Assembly: GCA_964609665.1 (NCBI GenBank)
Contig: CAZSTV010000001.1
Location: 34,733 to 81,914, forward strand
Source of the DNA: an uncultured Acidimicrobiaceae bacterium
Lineage (GTDB): Bacteria > Actinomycetota > Acidimicrobiia > Acidimicrobiales > SZUA-35
DNA: 47,182 bases
Direction: 5' to 3'
A model generated the notes under the pieces. It was not told the origin of the DNA, did no database searches, and worked only from the letters and a program-made list of their open reading frames with translations. Below, in pieces: positions 1 through 9,269 of the stretch. A program made the translations under genes and the position numbers. Positions within the stretch are counted from its first letter, which is position 1, and each line of letters opens with the position of its first letter.

Positions 1-2
1 TG

Positions 3-392
3 CTGAGCCGCCTCGATCAGAACTCAAGTGTTGCGATACCGGCGGTAGCGCTGGTGATCGTCGGCGTCAGCATGAGCATCTATGGCGTGCCGAACATGCG
101 CTACGTGATGGGTGCCATCGGGCCGGAACACCAGGGGGTGGCGGGTAGCACCGTCCAGATGATGCGCATGGTCGGAATTGTCGTTGGGGTCTTTGCCGCG
201 AGCGCCTGGTTTGAGGTGCGGCGATCCAACGTTGCAGTGTCGCTCGGGGTGGCTGCGGACGGTCCGGCAAGCTTCGTTCCCGCCTTTCGGAGCACGCTTG
301 GTATCGCCACCTTCGTCGCAGGGCTGGCACTTTTGATTTCGGCGGCACAGGTTGTTGCGGAAAGGACCGCCGAAAGGCCGCCCGTGGCCTGA
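3..392 (+). CDS. MFS-type transporter, C-terminal fragment (5' end lies outside the window)
   Basis: The frame is open from base 3 with no stop. Hydrophobic helices (AVALVIVGVSMSIYG, MMRMVGIVVGVFAASAWF, IATFVAGLALLISAAQ) resemble the last TM helices of drug-efflux MFS proteins. Stop TGA at 390-392. Confidence 0.55.
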   Translation: MSRLDQNSSVAIPAVALVIVGVSMSIYGVPNMRYVMGAIGPEHQGVAGSTVQMMRMVGIVVGVFAASAWFEVRRSNVAVSLGVAADGPASFVPAFRSTLGIATFVAGLALLISAAQVVAERTAERPPVA

Positions 393-452
393 GTCATAAA
401 GTTGGACAACGGGGTTTTTCATATCGGTCGCTCGCTGCCTACACTCCGGCCC

Positions 453-1229
453 GTGGAATGGCTATCAGACCCCTCGGCTTGGAGTGCCCTCGTTGCGCTC
501 CTGACTCTTGAAATCGTGCTCGGCGTTGACAACGTCGTGTTCATTTCGATCCTTGCGAACAAGTTGCCGGAAGGGCAACAGGACAGGGCCCGCAGGGTCG
601 GTATTCTCGCCGCAGGTGGCATGCGGGTGGTGCTGCTGTTGGCCGTTGGGTGGATAATCACGCTCAAGAACGAGCTGTTTGAGCTCTTCGGGCGTGGTTT
701 CAGCGGAAAGGACCTGATCCTGTTAGCGGGTGGTGTCTTTCTGATCTACAAAGCCACGAAGGAGATACACGACAAGCTCGAAGGTGAGGATGAGCATGGC
801 GAGGCGAAGGTGGCACCAACCTTCGCAGCGGTGATCGCCCAGGTCATGCTCCTGGACCTTGTCTTCTCAATTGACTCGGTCATTACCGCTGTCGGCATGA
901 CCGACATCATTGCGGTCATGGTAATTGCCATCATGTTGGCCGTTGTCGTGATGCTGGTGGCCTCGAAGTCCATCTATCAATTCGTGAACCGACACCCATC
1001 GGTGAAGATGCTTGCGCTCGCCTTCCTGCTGCTGATCGGCATGACGCTCATCGCCGAGGGTCTCGGCGAGAAGATTCCCAAGGGCTACGTCTACGCCGCG
1101 ATGGCGTTCTCAGTCTTTGTCGAGGTGTTGAATATCGGTAGCAAGAAGCGCCGTGACGCTGCTGCTGAACCGGTGCACCTGGCGGAGAAGATCAGCCCCG
1201 AGCCCGGGTCGGAGTACGCCAGCACCTGA
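453..1229 (+). CDS. TerC-family integral membrane protein
   Basis: VEWLSDPSAWSALVALLTLEIVLGVDNVVFISILANKLP matches the conserved N-terminus of TerC/YoaE-type proteins, and there are several TM segments. GTG 453 is preferred over the ORF-track start at 402 because the family-like sequence begins there. Confidence 0.75.
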   Translation: MEWLSDPSAWSALVALLTLEIVLGVDNVVFISILANKLPEGQQDRARRVGILAAGGMRVVLLLAVGWIITLKNELFELFGRGFSGKDLILLAGGVFLIYKATKEIHDKLEGEDEHGEAKVAPTFAAVIAQVMLLDLVFSIDSVITAVGMTDIIAVMVIAIMLAVVVMLVASKSIYQFVNRHPSVKMLALAFLLLIGMTLIAEGLGEKIPKGYVYAAMAFSVFVEVLNIGSKKRRDAAAEPVHLAEKISPEPGSEYAST

Positions 1230-1333
1230 TCACCAACCGCAGTTCTCTTGCCAGGACCTGGCCCCGACTCGCTGTGGTAGGGTTTCGGACGATAAGCTTG
1301 CTTTACGCTCCGTGACCGGTGAGAGGACAACGT

Positions 1334-2023
1334 ATGCAGTACGAATCGACCGAACATCACCCTGCATTCGAGGAGTACAGCGAAACCATCTTCGAACTCG
1401 AAGAAGATGGCATCGACGTCATTCAGGCCCGTATCGCTGAGCGCCTTGAAGTTTCGCGGCCAGCGGTGTCGGAAATGATCAAGCGCATGACCAACGAGGG
1501 CCTCGTCCAAGTCGACGAACAGTCACGAGTGCAGCTGACGGCATCCGGTCGCTCCCTCGCCAAAACCATCGTGCGTCGTCACCGCATCGCCGAGCGGTTC
1601 CTGACCGATGTTCTCCAGCTCGGTTGGGCTGAGGCACATCATGAGGCCGGTCGCTGGGAGCATGTGATCTCTCCGGTGGTGGAAGAAGCGATGATGCGGC
1701 TTCTTGACGACCCGACCACCTGCCCGCACGGCAACCCGATTCCCGGCACCGACTATGCAAGTCCGGTGTCCGCTCAGCCGCTGGTTGAACTTGCGGCCGA
1801 TGATGAGTTCACGGTGGAGCGCATCCCTGAGGAACTGGAATTCCAGGACGGTCAGCTGGCCTACCTGGAAGGCGCTGGCCTCTTGCCAGGTCGGACCGGC
1901 ACCGTCGTATCGATCGGACCCGAGGGCACGACGACCGTGATGGTGGACGGTGTCCCGGTCGGGATCAGCAGTTTCGCTGCATCACGCATCATCGTCCGAG
2001 ACGTTGAGACCGCCACCGCCTGA
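1334..2023 (+). CDS. DtxR/IdeR-family metal-dependent transcriptional repressor with C-terminal SH3-like (FeoA-type) domain
   Basis: Winged-helix segment IQARIAERLEVSRPAVSEMIKRM, dimerisation/metal region RRHRIAERFLTDVL..WAEAHHEAGRWEHVISP..CPHGNPIP, and a C-terminal FeoA-like tail. ATG 1334 is preceded by GAGAGGA about 7 nt upstream. Confidence 0.85.
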   Translation: MQYESTEHHPAFEEYSETIFELEEDGIDVIQARIAERLEVSRPAVSEMIKRMTNEGLVQVDEQSRVQLTASGRSLAKTIVRRHRIAERFLTDVLQLGWAEAHHEAGRWEHVISPVVEEAMMRLLDDPTTCPHGNPIPGTDYASPVSAQPLVELAADDEFTVERIPEELEFQDGQLAYLEGAGLLPGRTGTVVSIGPEGTTTVMVDGVPVGISSFAASRIIVRDVETATA

Positions 2024-2068
2024 TTGCAACGGCTGACGGCCTCAACATCTGAGATGGTCTTGCGAGGC

Positions 2069-3217
2069 CTACTCCAGCTCGCCGATGTCCTCGGCAGAGA
2101 TGCCAAGCTCGTCCCAAGCGGGCTGTAGTGCCGCTCGGATCTCATCGCCATAGCCGTTCGCACCCGGCTCGTTGCTGAGATCGAGCACAGCGTTGATCGC
2201 TTCCACATCGGCGCCCGCCTCGGCAACGTACGCTTCGATGACCCGCCAGAAGGCAAAGCCCTCGGCCTGATGAACTCTGGCCGTTTCGTTGTCGTCGGCG
2301 GCGAGATCATCTTCGATCAGGCTGGCGTAGCGGATGGTTGCTTGTGAGTACGTCACGATGACGTTGCGCATCGCGTCTTCGGATGCTGCTCGGGCTCCGG
2401 CAGCATCCTCGGCCAGCAGCGCGTCTCTGCCCGCGATCATTGCGCTGAGGATCCCCTCATTGGCGAGCGCCGTTGTGCCGTCGGCTCCGACGGTGCCGAA
2501 GTTGGCGGCTCGTTTGTCTCCAGTTGCATACGGGGCGCAACCCGGCTCGCTGCCGTGGAAGAACGCCCATCCCTCGTCCCAGTTGTGTACAGCACCTTCG
2601 GCCACATCGAAGTTTCCGTCGTCGGCCTTGGCCAACGCCGAGTTCAACTCGTGGACGAGCCAGGCGACCATCGTCTGGTTCTGGATGCCCTTCTCAACGC
2701 CCTGAGCCCGAACGGCGTCGGATTCACCGGAGAAGGCGCCGGTGCCGTCAAGGGCGGCGCTCACAAAGTCATCGAGCGGTGTGGCGGTGCCGTAGTACGT
2801 GTCCAGTCCGTGGCTGCGGTCATCCCGTGACGCAAAGCCGCCGATGGAGCGAACCGAACCGTCGCTGTTGACCGAGTTGGCGCCGTCACGGTAGATGGTG
2901 GCGGCGGCGTCGAATCCGCCATCGTCCAGGAGGGTGGCGATGGTGCAGATGTCTGCAACCACGAGGCGGTGGGCGTCGACATTCGATGCGTACTCGTAGC
3001 CGCCTTCGCCGACGGTGCTCGTCGCCGCTCCCTCACCGGCAGGCGCGGACGCGCTGGCGGAAGAAGACGCGCTGGCAGAAGCAGATGCACTGTCGGACGT
3101 TCCGTCCTCAGCGCCGAGATCGCGGACTGTGGCCCCGTCGTCGGAGCCGCACGCTGTGGCCAGCAGTCCGAACGAGGCGAGAACTGCGACAGACAGCGGT
3201 CGAATGGAAATGGTCAT
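2069..3217 (-). CDS. Secreted lipoprotein of unknown function, Ala/Asp-rich and predicted helical
   Basis: Lipobox signal MTISIRPLSVAVLASFGLLATAC-GS followed by an Ala/Ser-rich linker. Long ORF with coding-like composition. I recognise no family with confidence. An alternative upstream start is at 3253. Confidence 0.6.
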   Translation of the reverse strand: MTISIRPLSVAVLASFGLLATACGSDDGATVRDLGAEDGTSDSASASASASSSASASAPAGEGAATSTVGEGGYEYASNVDAHRLVVADICTIATLLDDGGFDAAATIYRDGANSVNSDGSVRSIGGFASRDDRSHGLDTYYGTATPLDDFVSAALDGTGAFSGESDAVRAQGVEKGIQNQTMVAWLVHELNSALAKADDGNFDVAEGAVHNWDEGWAFFHGSEPGCAPYATGDKRAANFGTVGADGTTALANEGILSAMIAGRDALLAEDAAGARAASEDAMRNVIVTYSQATIRYASLIEDDLAADDNETARVHQAEGFAFWRVIEAYVAEAGADVEAINAVLDLSNEPGANGYGDEIRAALQPAWDELGISAEDIGELE

Positions 3218-3270
3218 GGATTTTCGGTGCCTTTCGTGGCGATGAACGCTCATGGTTCGAGAAGGATCGT

Positions 3271-3300
3271 ATGGTAAGTACGCTTAACAATTGTTGTCAA
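3271..3300 (-). promoter_or_regulatory. Candidate sigma70-type promoter with an embedded perfect palindrome AACAATTGTT
   Basis: On the minus strand: TTGACA (3300-3295), an 18-nt spacer, then TACCAT (3276-3271). The 10-bp perfect palindrome at 3286-3295 fills the spacer and touches the -35 element. The patch is locally AT-rich within a GC-rich genome. Confidence 0.4.
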
Positions 3301-3309
3301 CAGTAAATA

Positions 3310-3332
3310 CCACACCGTTGGTCGGGGTGTGG
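3310..3332 (-). terminator. Hairpin directly after the GT2 gene stop
   Basis: CCACACC (3310-3316) and GGTGTGG (3326-3332) form a perfect 7-bp stem with a 9-nt loop, 2 nt after the stop codon (3335-3337). On the minus strand it is followed by TATTTACTG. Confidence 0.5.
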
Positions 3333-3334
3333 TG

Positions 3335-5050
3335 CTACTTCGTGTTGAGCTCCCGGTAAACGGCCGGGCCGACGTTGCGCAGGTAGTTGCCGAGTTTGAT
3401 GAAGCTCTCGCCCTCGGTGCGGAAGTGGTAGCTGATCGGCACCTCGCGGTGTCGGTAGCCCTTGGCCAGAAGGTCAAGGGTCAGCACCTGGGCGTAGTTG
3501 AAATCGTGGATTACCTCGGCGTCGGCAGCTGCCGTCGGAGAGAATGCCCGGTAGCCGGTTTGCCCGTCGGTGATTTTGCGTCTCGCTGCGAGCGACAGGA
3601 GTCGGGTGAGTACAATGTTGCCGAGCCGACGGTGCGGGCGCATATGGTCGATGCGTCCCAGGAAGCGGCTTCCGGTGACATAGTCCGCTTCGCCCGCGAT
3701 GATCGGGCCGACGAGCGTGGCCAGCTCCTCCGGCGGATATTCGCCATCGGCGTCACAGAATGCCACCGCCGCAGCGGAACGGGTAACACCTTCGGCTAGG
3801 CCCACCCGTACCGCGGCTCCCAGTCCCCTGTTCTGGCCGAGCGAGAGCACGTCGGCCCCCGCCGCGGCGGCAACCGCTCCGGTGTGGTCGCTGGAGCCAT
3901 CGTCGATCACCAGGGTTTGTACCGGGTGCCCAAGCATGTGGGAGGGGGCCCGAGCGATGCAGGCTCCGACCGAACGTTCCTCATTGTAGGCAGGCATGAA
4001 GAGCAGAATCGGCGCAGCGGAATCAGTGTTGCTTGCGGTCTCGCTAGACGCGCTCATGATGTCGCCGGCGTGAGTACTCGGAGATGTCGGTTTTTCGGGA
4101 AGTGTTTGGGACAACCGGAAGCGGCCGAGGAATCCGGGAGTAGGGAAGAAGAGAGCCACGGCGCCGACAGTCAGCGAGTACGCCGTCTTTAGAGCGTGGG
4201 CACCGAGGGCTGCAACGAGTGCCGCCTCCGGGTCATGGCCGAGCGTTGCGTAGGCCGCCACCGCCGCCGCTTCATAGGTGCCGAAGCCACCCGGCGCCAC
4301 CGCCGCGACCTGGGCCGCTACCGCCACCGCGGTAACGAACGCAGCGTCGGACCAGGAGATCTCAAGGCCAGCCCATCCGGCCGCTTCGCGAACCAGGACC
4401 GATTCGAACAGCCACGCCACGACAGAGAGTGCGAAGGTCAGCGGGTCAGGAAAACGCACATCGTTTCGGCGACGGGCGATCGCCGCAAGCCACTGCCACA
4501 CGTATACCGCTCCGGCCGCCACGCATGCCAGCAGGATCCAGCCGATCGGCCCGATAAGCCCGAGAAACGCCGCCGGGGCGACCGCCAGGCCAATCGTGGC
4601 GACGGCCAGAACATCGGCAAACCGAAGCGTGACCGTCGAAGCGGCAGCAGCGTCAAGGGAGATGTTGGCCCGCCGGGTGACGCTGAGGACTCGGAACGGT
4701 TCCCCGAGCCGGAACGGCAGGACGTGGTTGGCGCCGAGCGCCAGGTGGATGGCGCCAAGGGCATGGCCGAATCCAAGTGTTGGGAGCAGTCGACGCCAGG
4801 CCACGCTCCGCACCGCAAAGGCGAGACCGAATGCCGCGAGCGCCAGTCCCACCCTGACCGGCTGGGAAGCGGCCTGCCCCGCCGCCCGTCGCAATGCGGC
4901 CACGTCTACGGACCTGGCAAGGTAGATGATGGCAATCATCGTCACGGCGACGGCGAAAATCCGGACCGCTCGGCCCAGCGGAGACCGACTGCCGGAGCGG
5001 GTTTCGGTCGGGCTTCCCTGTGCCTTAGTCGTTCCGTTCACGATACGCAC
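3335..5050 (-). CDS. Fusion protein: N-terminal LPG-synthase-type (flippase-like) TM domain plus C-terminal family-2 glycosyltransferase (polyprenol-phosphate sugar synthase-like)
   Basis: N-terminal half is polytopic (RSVAWRRLLP..GANHVLPFRLGEP..). C-terminal half carries GT2 motifs ILLFMPAYNEE, LVIDDGSSDHT, FCDADGEYPPEE and TDGQTGYRAF. GTG start at 5050. Confidence 0.8.
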   Translation of the reverse strand: MRIVNGTTKAQGSPTETRSGSRSPLGRAVRIFAVAVTMIAIIYLARSVDVAALRRAAGQAASQPVRVGLALAAFGLAFAVRSVAWRRLLPTLGFGHALGAIHLALGANHVLPFRLGEPFRVLSVTRRANISLDAAAASTVTLRFADVLAVATIGLAVAPAAFLGLIGPIGWILLACVAAGAVYVWQWLAAIARRRNDVRFPDPLTFALSVVAWLFESVLVREAAGWAGLEISWSDAAFVTAVAVAAQVAAVAPGGFGTYEAAAVAAYATLGHDPEAALVAALGAHALKTAYSLTVGAVALFFPTPGFLGRFRLSQTLPEKPTSPSTHAGDIMSASSETASNTDSAAPILLFMPAYNEERSVGACIARAPSHMLGHPVQTLVIDDGSSDHTGAVAAAAGADVLSLGQNRGLGAAVRVGLAEGVTRSAAAVAFCDADGEYPPEELATLVGPIIAGEADYVTGSRFLGRIDHMRPHRRLGNIVLTRLLSLAARRKITDGQTGYRAFSPTAAADAEVIHDFNYAQVLTLDLLAKGYRHREVPISYHFRTEGESFIKLGNYLRNVGPAVYRELNTK

Positions 5051-5107
5051 TGTAGTTAGTTAGGCCTGCTTTACCAAACGGGAAAAATCCCGCTACCCTC
5101 GGCACTC

Positions 5108-6181
5108 ATGTCACGACGACTTGCAGCAATGGCGGCTCCTCTAGCTATGGCCCTGTTGGCCACAGCATGTGGTGGAACCTCGGAACGAGTTCTCGAAGGG
5201 ACCGCCGCAGACATCTACGGCGGCACCTGCGCTTCAAGCTCCGGTGGGTCGGTCACCATCTTCTCCGGCAGGACCGAGAACCTGATTGAGCCGGTCCTGG
5301 ACGCGTTTGCCTGTGAGACCGGCATTGAAGTGGCAGTTCGGTGGGGATCGTCCACCGACCTCGCACTGCTTGTGGCCGAAGAGGGCGATCGCAGCGCCGC
5401 CGATGTCTTCCTGTCCCGATCGCCGGGGCCGGTCGGCTTTCTTGAGTCCGAAGGCTTGCTCGGCACGATCGACTCGCAGGTCTTGGACCTGGTGTCGAGC
5501 GACAACCGGTCTGCAAGCGACACCTGGGTCGGCTTCTCCGGCCGCAAGCGGGTGCTGGTCTACAACGAAGACATGCTCGACGCGGGCGAGTTGCCGTCCT
5601 CGGTCTTCGAGTTGACCGACGAGCGTTATCGGGGGCAGGTCGCCATCCCCGCCAACAACGGGTCCTTCGTCGACTGGTTCACGGTCTTTCGTGATCAACA
5701 CGGCACCGATGTCGCAACCCAGTGGCTCGATGACATGGTGGCGAACGACGCTCAGTTCTATGCCAACAACCGAGCCATCGTCGAAGCCGCCGGTAGAGGA
5801 CAGATTGAGATGGGGCTCGTCAACCACTACTACAACTATCAGGAGCAGATCGCCCAGGGCGACGACCACCGGGCCGAGAACCACAACTTCGCCGACGATG
5901 ACATCGGATCGCTCCTGATCATTACCGCCGCGGCAATTGTCGATGGCAGCGAAAACGCAGACGAGGCCAACCAACTTCTCGACTACCTGCTGTCAGCGCC
6001 GGTGCAGACCTACTTCAGCGAAGAGACGTTTGAATACCCGTTGGCGGCGGGCATTGAGCCGGCCGAGATCCTGCCCCCGCTTACCGCGTTGGAGATCGGG
6101 TCGGTTGACTTTGATGCGCTCGGCGGTGGATTTCAGGAGACCACGGCCATCATCGAGGCGAGCGGTATCTTGAATCCGTGA
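5108..6181 (+). CDS. Fe(III) ABC transporter substrate-binding lipoprotein (FbpA/FutA/IdiA-like)
   Basis: Lipobox LLATAC-GG. Family-1 SBP pattern VTIFSGRTENLIEPVLDAF and FLSRSPG, plus the tyrosine pair in VNHYYNY that is typical of ferric-ion binding proteins. Confidence 0.8.
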   Translation: MSRRLAAMAAPLAMALLATACGGTSERVLEGTAADIYGGTCASSSGGSVTIFSGRTENLIEPVLDAFACETGIEVAVRWGSSTDLALLVAEEGDRSAADVFLSRSPGPVGFLESEGLLGTIDSQVLDLVSSDNRSASDTWVGFSGRKRVLVYNEDMLDAGELPSSVFELTDERYRGQVAIPANNGSFVDWFTVFRDQHGTDVATQWLDDMVANDAQFYANNRAIVEAAGRGQIEMGLVNHYYNYQEQIAQGDDHRAENHNFADDDIGSLLIITAAAIVDGSENADEANQLLDYLLSAPVQTYFSEETFEYPLAAGIEPAEILPPLTALEIGSVDFDALGGGFQETTAIIEASGILNP

Positions 6182-7821
6182 CGGTGGTCGAACAGCGGAA
6201 TCGTCCCGCTCCAAGGGTTGCGGCGCTGCCCGCTCGGCCTCACGCCCCGATACCGCTTCGGATGGGCGGTGTTCTCCTCGCGCTCGCCTTCGCGTTTCCC
6301 GGCTCCTACTTGATCTGGCGCAACTTCACCACCGGCGCTGACCCGGCAGGTTTGCTGCTGTCCCGACAGACCCTTGACCCGCTGTTCCGCACCTTGCAGC
6401 TCGCGGTACTCGTCTCACTTTCGGCCATGGTGCTTGGCACATCGCTGGCCTGGCTGACGATCAAGACCGACATTTCGGCTGCTCGGTTCTGGCGGATCGT
6501 GCTGCCGATCCCACTGGTCTTTCCCACCTTCATCGGCGCGGCGGCACTGATCCGCACGTTCAACCCCGGCGGACTCGCCAACGACATTCTGTTGGCCGTC
6601 GGCGTCGACCGAACACCGGAACTCCGCGGCCTGTTTGGCTCGTGGTTTGTCCTGACGCTGTTCACCTACCCCTACGTGTATCTCCCAGTTGCGGCCGGCC
6701 TCCGGCAACTGTCGGGCTCCTTGGAAGACAGCGCCCGGGTCCTTGGCGACAGCCCGTGGCGGGCGTTCCGTCGCATCTGTCTGCCCCAGGTCTCCTCGGC
6801 AATTGGAGCGGGAACGCTGCTGGTCTTCCTGTACTCGGTCAGCGATTTCGGAGCGGTCCAGCTGCTGCGCTACGACACGCTGACTCGGGCCATCGCTACC
6901 AACCGGTTGGCCAACCAGCCGGTGGCGCTCGCGCTGAGCCTGATGCTTCTGGTGCTCGCCGCGGCGGTTGTCACCATCGAGCGAACGTTCTCGAAGCAGA
7001 TGCCCGACGGGGTCAGGCAGCGGACCTCTCGACCGGTCGTCTACTCGCTCGGTCGCTGGCGGATACCGGCCCACCTGGCGCTCGTCCTTGCGTTGGCGGC
7101 ATCGGTCGGTGGGCCTATGGTTGCTCTGCTCGACTGGTCCATCGAGGGACTGATGCGAGTGCGAGGTGGTGGCCGTGGCCTGACCATCGATGGCGGCGAC
7201 GTCTGGACCGCAACGCTTGGCACGCTGCAGGTCAGTGTGTTGGCGGCGCTCGTGTCGGTTGCCGCGGTGCTACCGATCGCCTACCTGGTTGGCCGCTATC
7301 GGTCGAGAGCAGGAAACGTTGCGAACGCCATCATCGTCAGCACGTTCGCACTGCCTGGCATATTGATTGCGCTGTCGATGCGGTTCTGGGTGCTGCGTTC
7401 AGACATTGCATTCGAACTGTTCGACAACACCATGGCGATGCTGATCTTCGCCTACGTTGTCCGGTTCGGTTCGCTGGCGATGGGGGTGACGCTGGTGGCG
7501 GTTCGCTCCGTGCCAGACCGACTGAACGATGCCGCGGCAACCCTTGGCGCCAGTGGCATCAAACGGCTCTTCACCATTGACCTGCCCATCATGGCCCCAG
7601 GCTTGGCGGCCGGTGGCGGCCTTGTGTTGCTCTCGGTGATGAAGGAGCTGCCAATCACCTGGCTCATCTCGCCGATCGGGTTTTCGAGTCTGGCCACCCG
7701 CATCTTCTCATCGTTCGAAGATGCGTTTGTTGCCGAGGCCGGGATCATGGCCGTTGTGCTCGTCGTTCTGTCGTTTGTGCTCTCATGGTTCTTGGTAATC
7801 CGAAAAGCCGATCATCTCTAG
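6178..7821 (+). CDS. Fe(III) ABC transporter permease, duplicated two-module type (FbpB-like)
   Basis: 547 aa with about 12 TM segments in two similar halves. GTGA overlap with the binding-protein gene. EAA-like loops (EDSARVLGDSPWRAFRRICLP and NDAAATLGASGIKRLFTIDLP). Confidence 0.8.
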   Translation: MTVVEQRNRPAPRVAALPARPHAPIPLRMGGVLLALAFAFPGSYLIWRNFTTGADPAGLLLSRQTLDPLFRTLQLAVLVSLSAMVLGTSLAWLTIKTDISAARFWRIVLPIPLVFPTFIGAAALIRTFNPGGLANDILLAVGVDRTPELRGLFGSWFVLTLFTYPYVYLPVAAGLRQLSGSLEDSARVLGDSPWRAFRRICLPQVSSAIGAGTLLVFLYSVSDFGAVQLLRYDTLTRAIATNRLANQPVALALSLMLLVLAAAVVTIERTFSKQMPDGVRQRTSRPVVYSLGRWRIPAHLALVLALAASVGGPMVALLDWSIEGLMRVRGGGRGLTIDGGDVWTATLGTLQVSVLAALVSVAAVLPIAYLVGRYRSRAGNVANAIIVSTFALPGILIALSMRFWVLRSDIAFELFDNTMAMLIFAYVVRFGSLAMGVTLVAVRSVPDRLNDAAATLGASGIKRLFTIDLPIMAPGLAAGGGLVLLSVMKELPITWLISPIGFSSLATRIFSSFEDAFVAEAGIMAVVLVVLSFVLSWFLVIRKADHL

Positions 7822-9269
7822 CAAGCGATAGCGGCCCCGAGTCTTCGACACCGTCCGGAGCGCCGGCTGGTCGAGGTTTTCGTGGTGCGCTTGTGATCGT
7901 TGCGCTGATCACGTTCCTGTTCGCCCTGGTCGGCCTAAACGTCAGGGCTACCTACGGGGCCCAGGTGACGTCCGACGAACCGCAGTACCTGCTGACAGCG
8001 CTGAGCTTGGCAGAAGACGCGGACCTGGACATCTCCGACGAACTTGTCGACGGGCGGTTTCTGGATTTTCACGAGGTGCCGCTCAACCCTCAGACATTGG
8101 ACTTGACCGAATCGGGGCAACGACTCAGCCCCCACGACCCCGGTCTGCCGCTCCTCCTGGCCGGACCGATGCGTCTTGGTGGCTGGCGTTTGGCAAAGGT
8201 TGCGCTGGCGGTGGTGGCTGCAGTGACGGCCGCGCTCACCGCATGGGTCGCCGTTCGACGGTTTGGTGTTGGTGTGGGTACAGCGTCAATTGTCGTCTGC
8301 GGGTTCTTCGTGGCCCCTCCCCTGACGAGCTACGCAACACAGATCTATCCCGAAATGCCTGCGGCGCTCCTGGTCATGGTTGGGCTTGCGGCGCTGACCG
8401 GCCGTACCGCCGCTCCGTATACCGCTGGTCGGCTGGTAGCGTTTGCGGTCAGCGCAATCGTGCTATTGCCATGGTTGTCGATCAAGTACGCGCCGCTCTC
8501 CGTGGTCCTGGCGATGGCGTTGGGTGGGAACCTGCTGCGAGACCGACGAAGCGGTCTGCGTACGGCTACGACCACGGCCGTAATCGGCTGCGGAGTCTTG
8601 GTGCTGTCTGGGGTGGTCTACCTGGTGGTGCATCAGCGGGTGTACGGCGGCTGGACGGTGTACGCGGCCGGGGACCACTTCGTCGATGGCGAGTTCCAAG
8701 TGGTCGGGGTGGACCCGGACTATCTCGGTCGGACCCAGCGACTTACTGCCCTACTCCTCGACCGGAGCTATGGCCTGGCGGCCTGGGCGCCGGCGTACCT
8801 GCTGGCGGTGCCCGCCCTGGGATTTGTTGTCAGAAGCAGGCGTCCTGGCACCGGGACAGCGATCGGCGTTGTGGCGGCCGGATGGGCGGTGGCGACGTGG
8901 TTGGCGTTGACGATGCACGGCTGGTGGTGGCCTGGCCGTCAGGTGGTGGTGATACTGCCGGTCGTGGCAATCGTCGTCGCTCAGTACGTCGAGCACCGAC
9001 CGAAGGTGCTCGTCGGGTTCGTTGCGGCGTCAACACTCTCGACGGTCAACTGGCTGTGGCTGGCCATCGAGGCCTCCACCGGTCGTCGAACCCTGATCGT
9101 TGACTTCTTCGAGACCGACAGCCCGCTCTATCGCCTCTGGTCGCCGCTGCTCCCCGACTATCGAGTATTCGCCGGGCGAGATCTAGCGCTGACCTGCATC
9201 TGGACGGCGGTGCTTCTGTTGCTGGTGTGGGTCGGCAGCCGTCAGGCTGCGGCCGCAACCTCGTCCTGA
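7785..9269 (+). CDS. Polytopic membrane protein, GT-C-like glycosyltransferase (ArnT/PMT_2-like)
   Basis: First extracytoplasmic loop carries SDEPQYLLTALSLAED (the DE..Y signature of GT-C enzymes). At least 10 TM helices. The start is uncertain; ATG 7785 overlaps the permease gene by 37 nt. Confidence 0.55.
   Translation: MVLGNPKSRSSLASDSGPESSTPSGAPAGRGFRGALVIVALITFLFALVGLNVRATYGAQVTSDEPQYLLTALSLAEDADLDISDELVDGRFLDFHEVPLNPQTLDLTESGQRLSPHDPGLPLLLAGPMRLGGWRLAKVALAVVAAVTAALTAWVAVRRFGVGVGTASIVVCGFFVAPPLTSYATQIYPEMPAALLVMVGLAALTGRTAAPYTAGRLVAFAVSAIVLLPWLSIKYAPLSVVLAMALGGNLLRDRRSGLRTATTTAVIGCGVLVLSGVVYLVVHQRVYGGWTVYAAGDHFVDGEFQVVGVDPDYLGRTQRLTALLLDRSYGLAAWAPAYLLAVPALGFVVRSRRPGTGTAIGVVAAGWAVATWLALTMHGWWWPGRQVVVILPVVAIVVAQYVEHRPKVLVGFVAASTLSTVNWLWLAIEASTGRRTLIVDFFETDSPLYRLWSPLLPDYRVFAGRDLALTCIWTAVLLLLVWVGSRQAAAATSS

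Noticed and set aside
2038-2069. Bidirectional terminator between the DtxR gene and the lipoprotein gene (GGCCTC..GAGGCC)
   Set aside because: The stem is only 6 bp with a 20-nt loop, overlaps the lipoprotein stop codon and has no T-tract. It is too weak to call.
5053-5075. IdeR/DtxR operator upstream of the Fe(III) binding-protein gene (TAGTTAGTTAGGCCTGCTTTACC)
   Set aside because: The best alignment to the remembered IdeR consensus gives only about 10 of 19 matches, and the sequence has no dyad symmetry.
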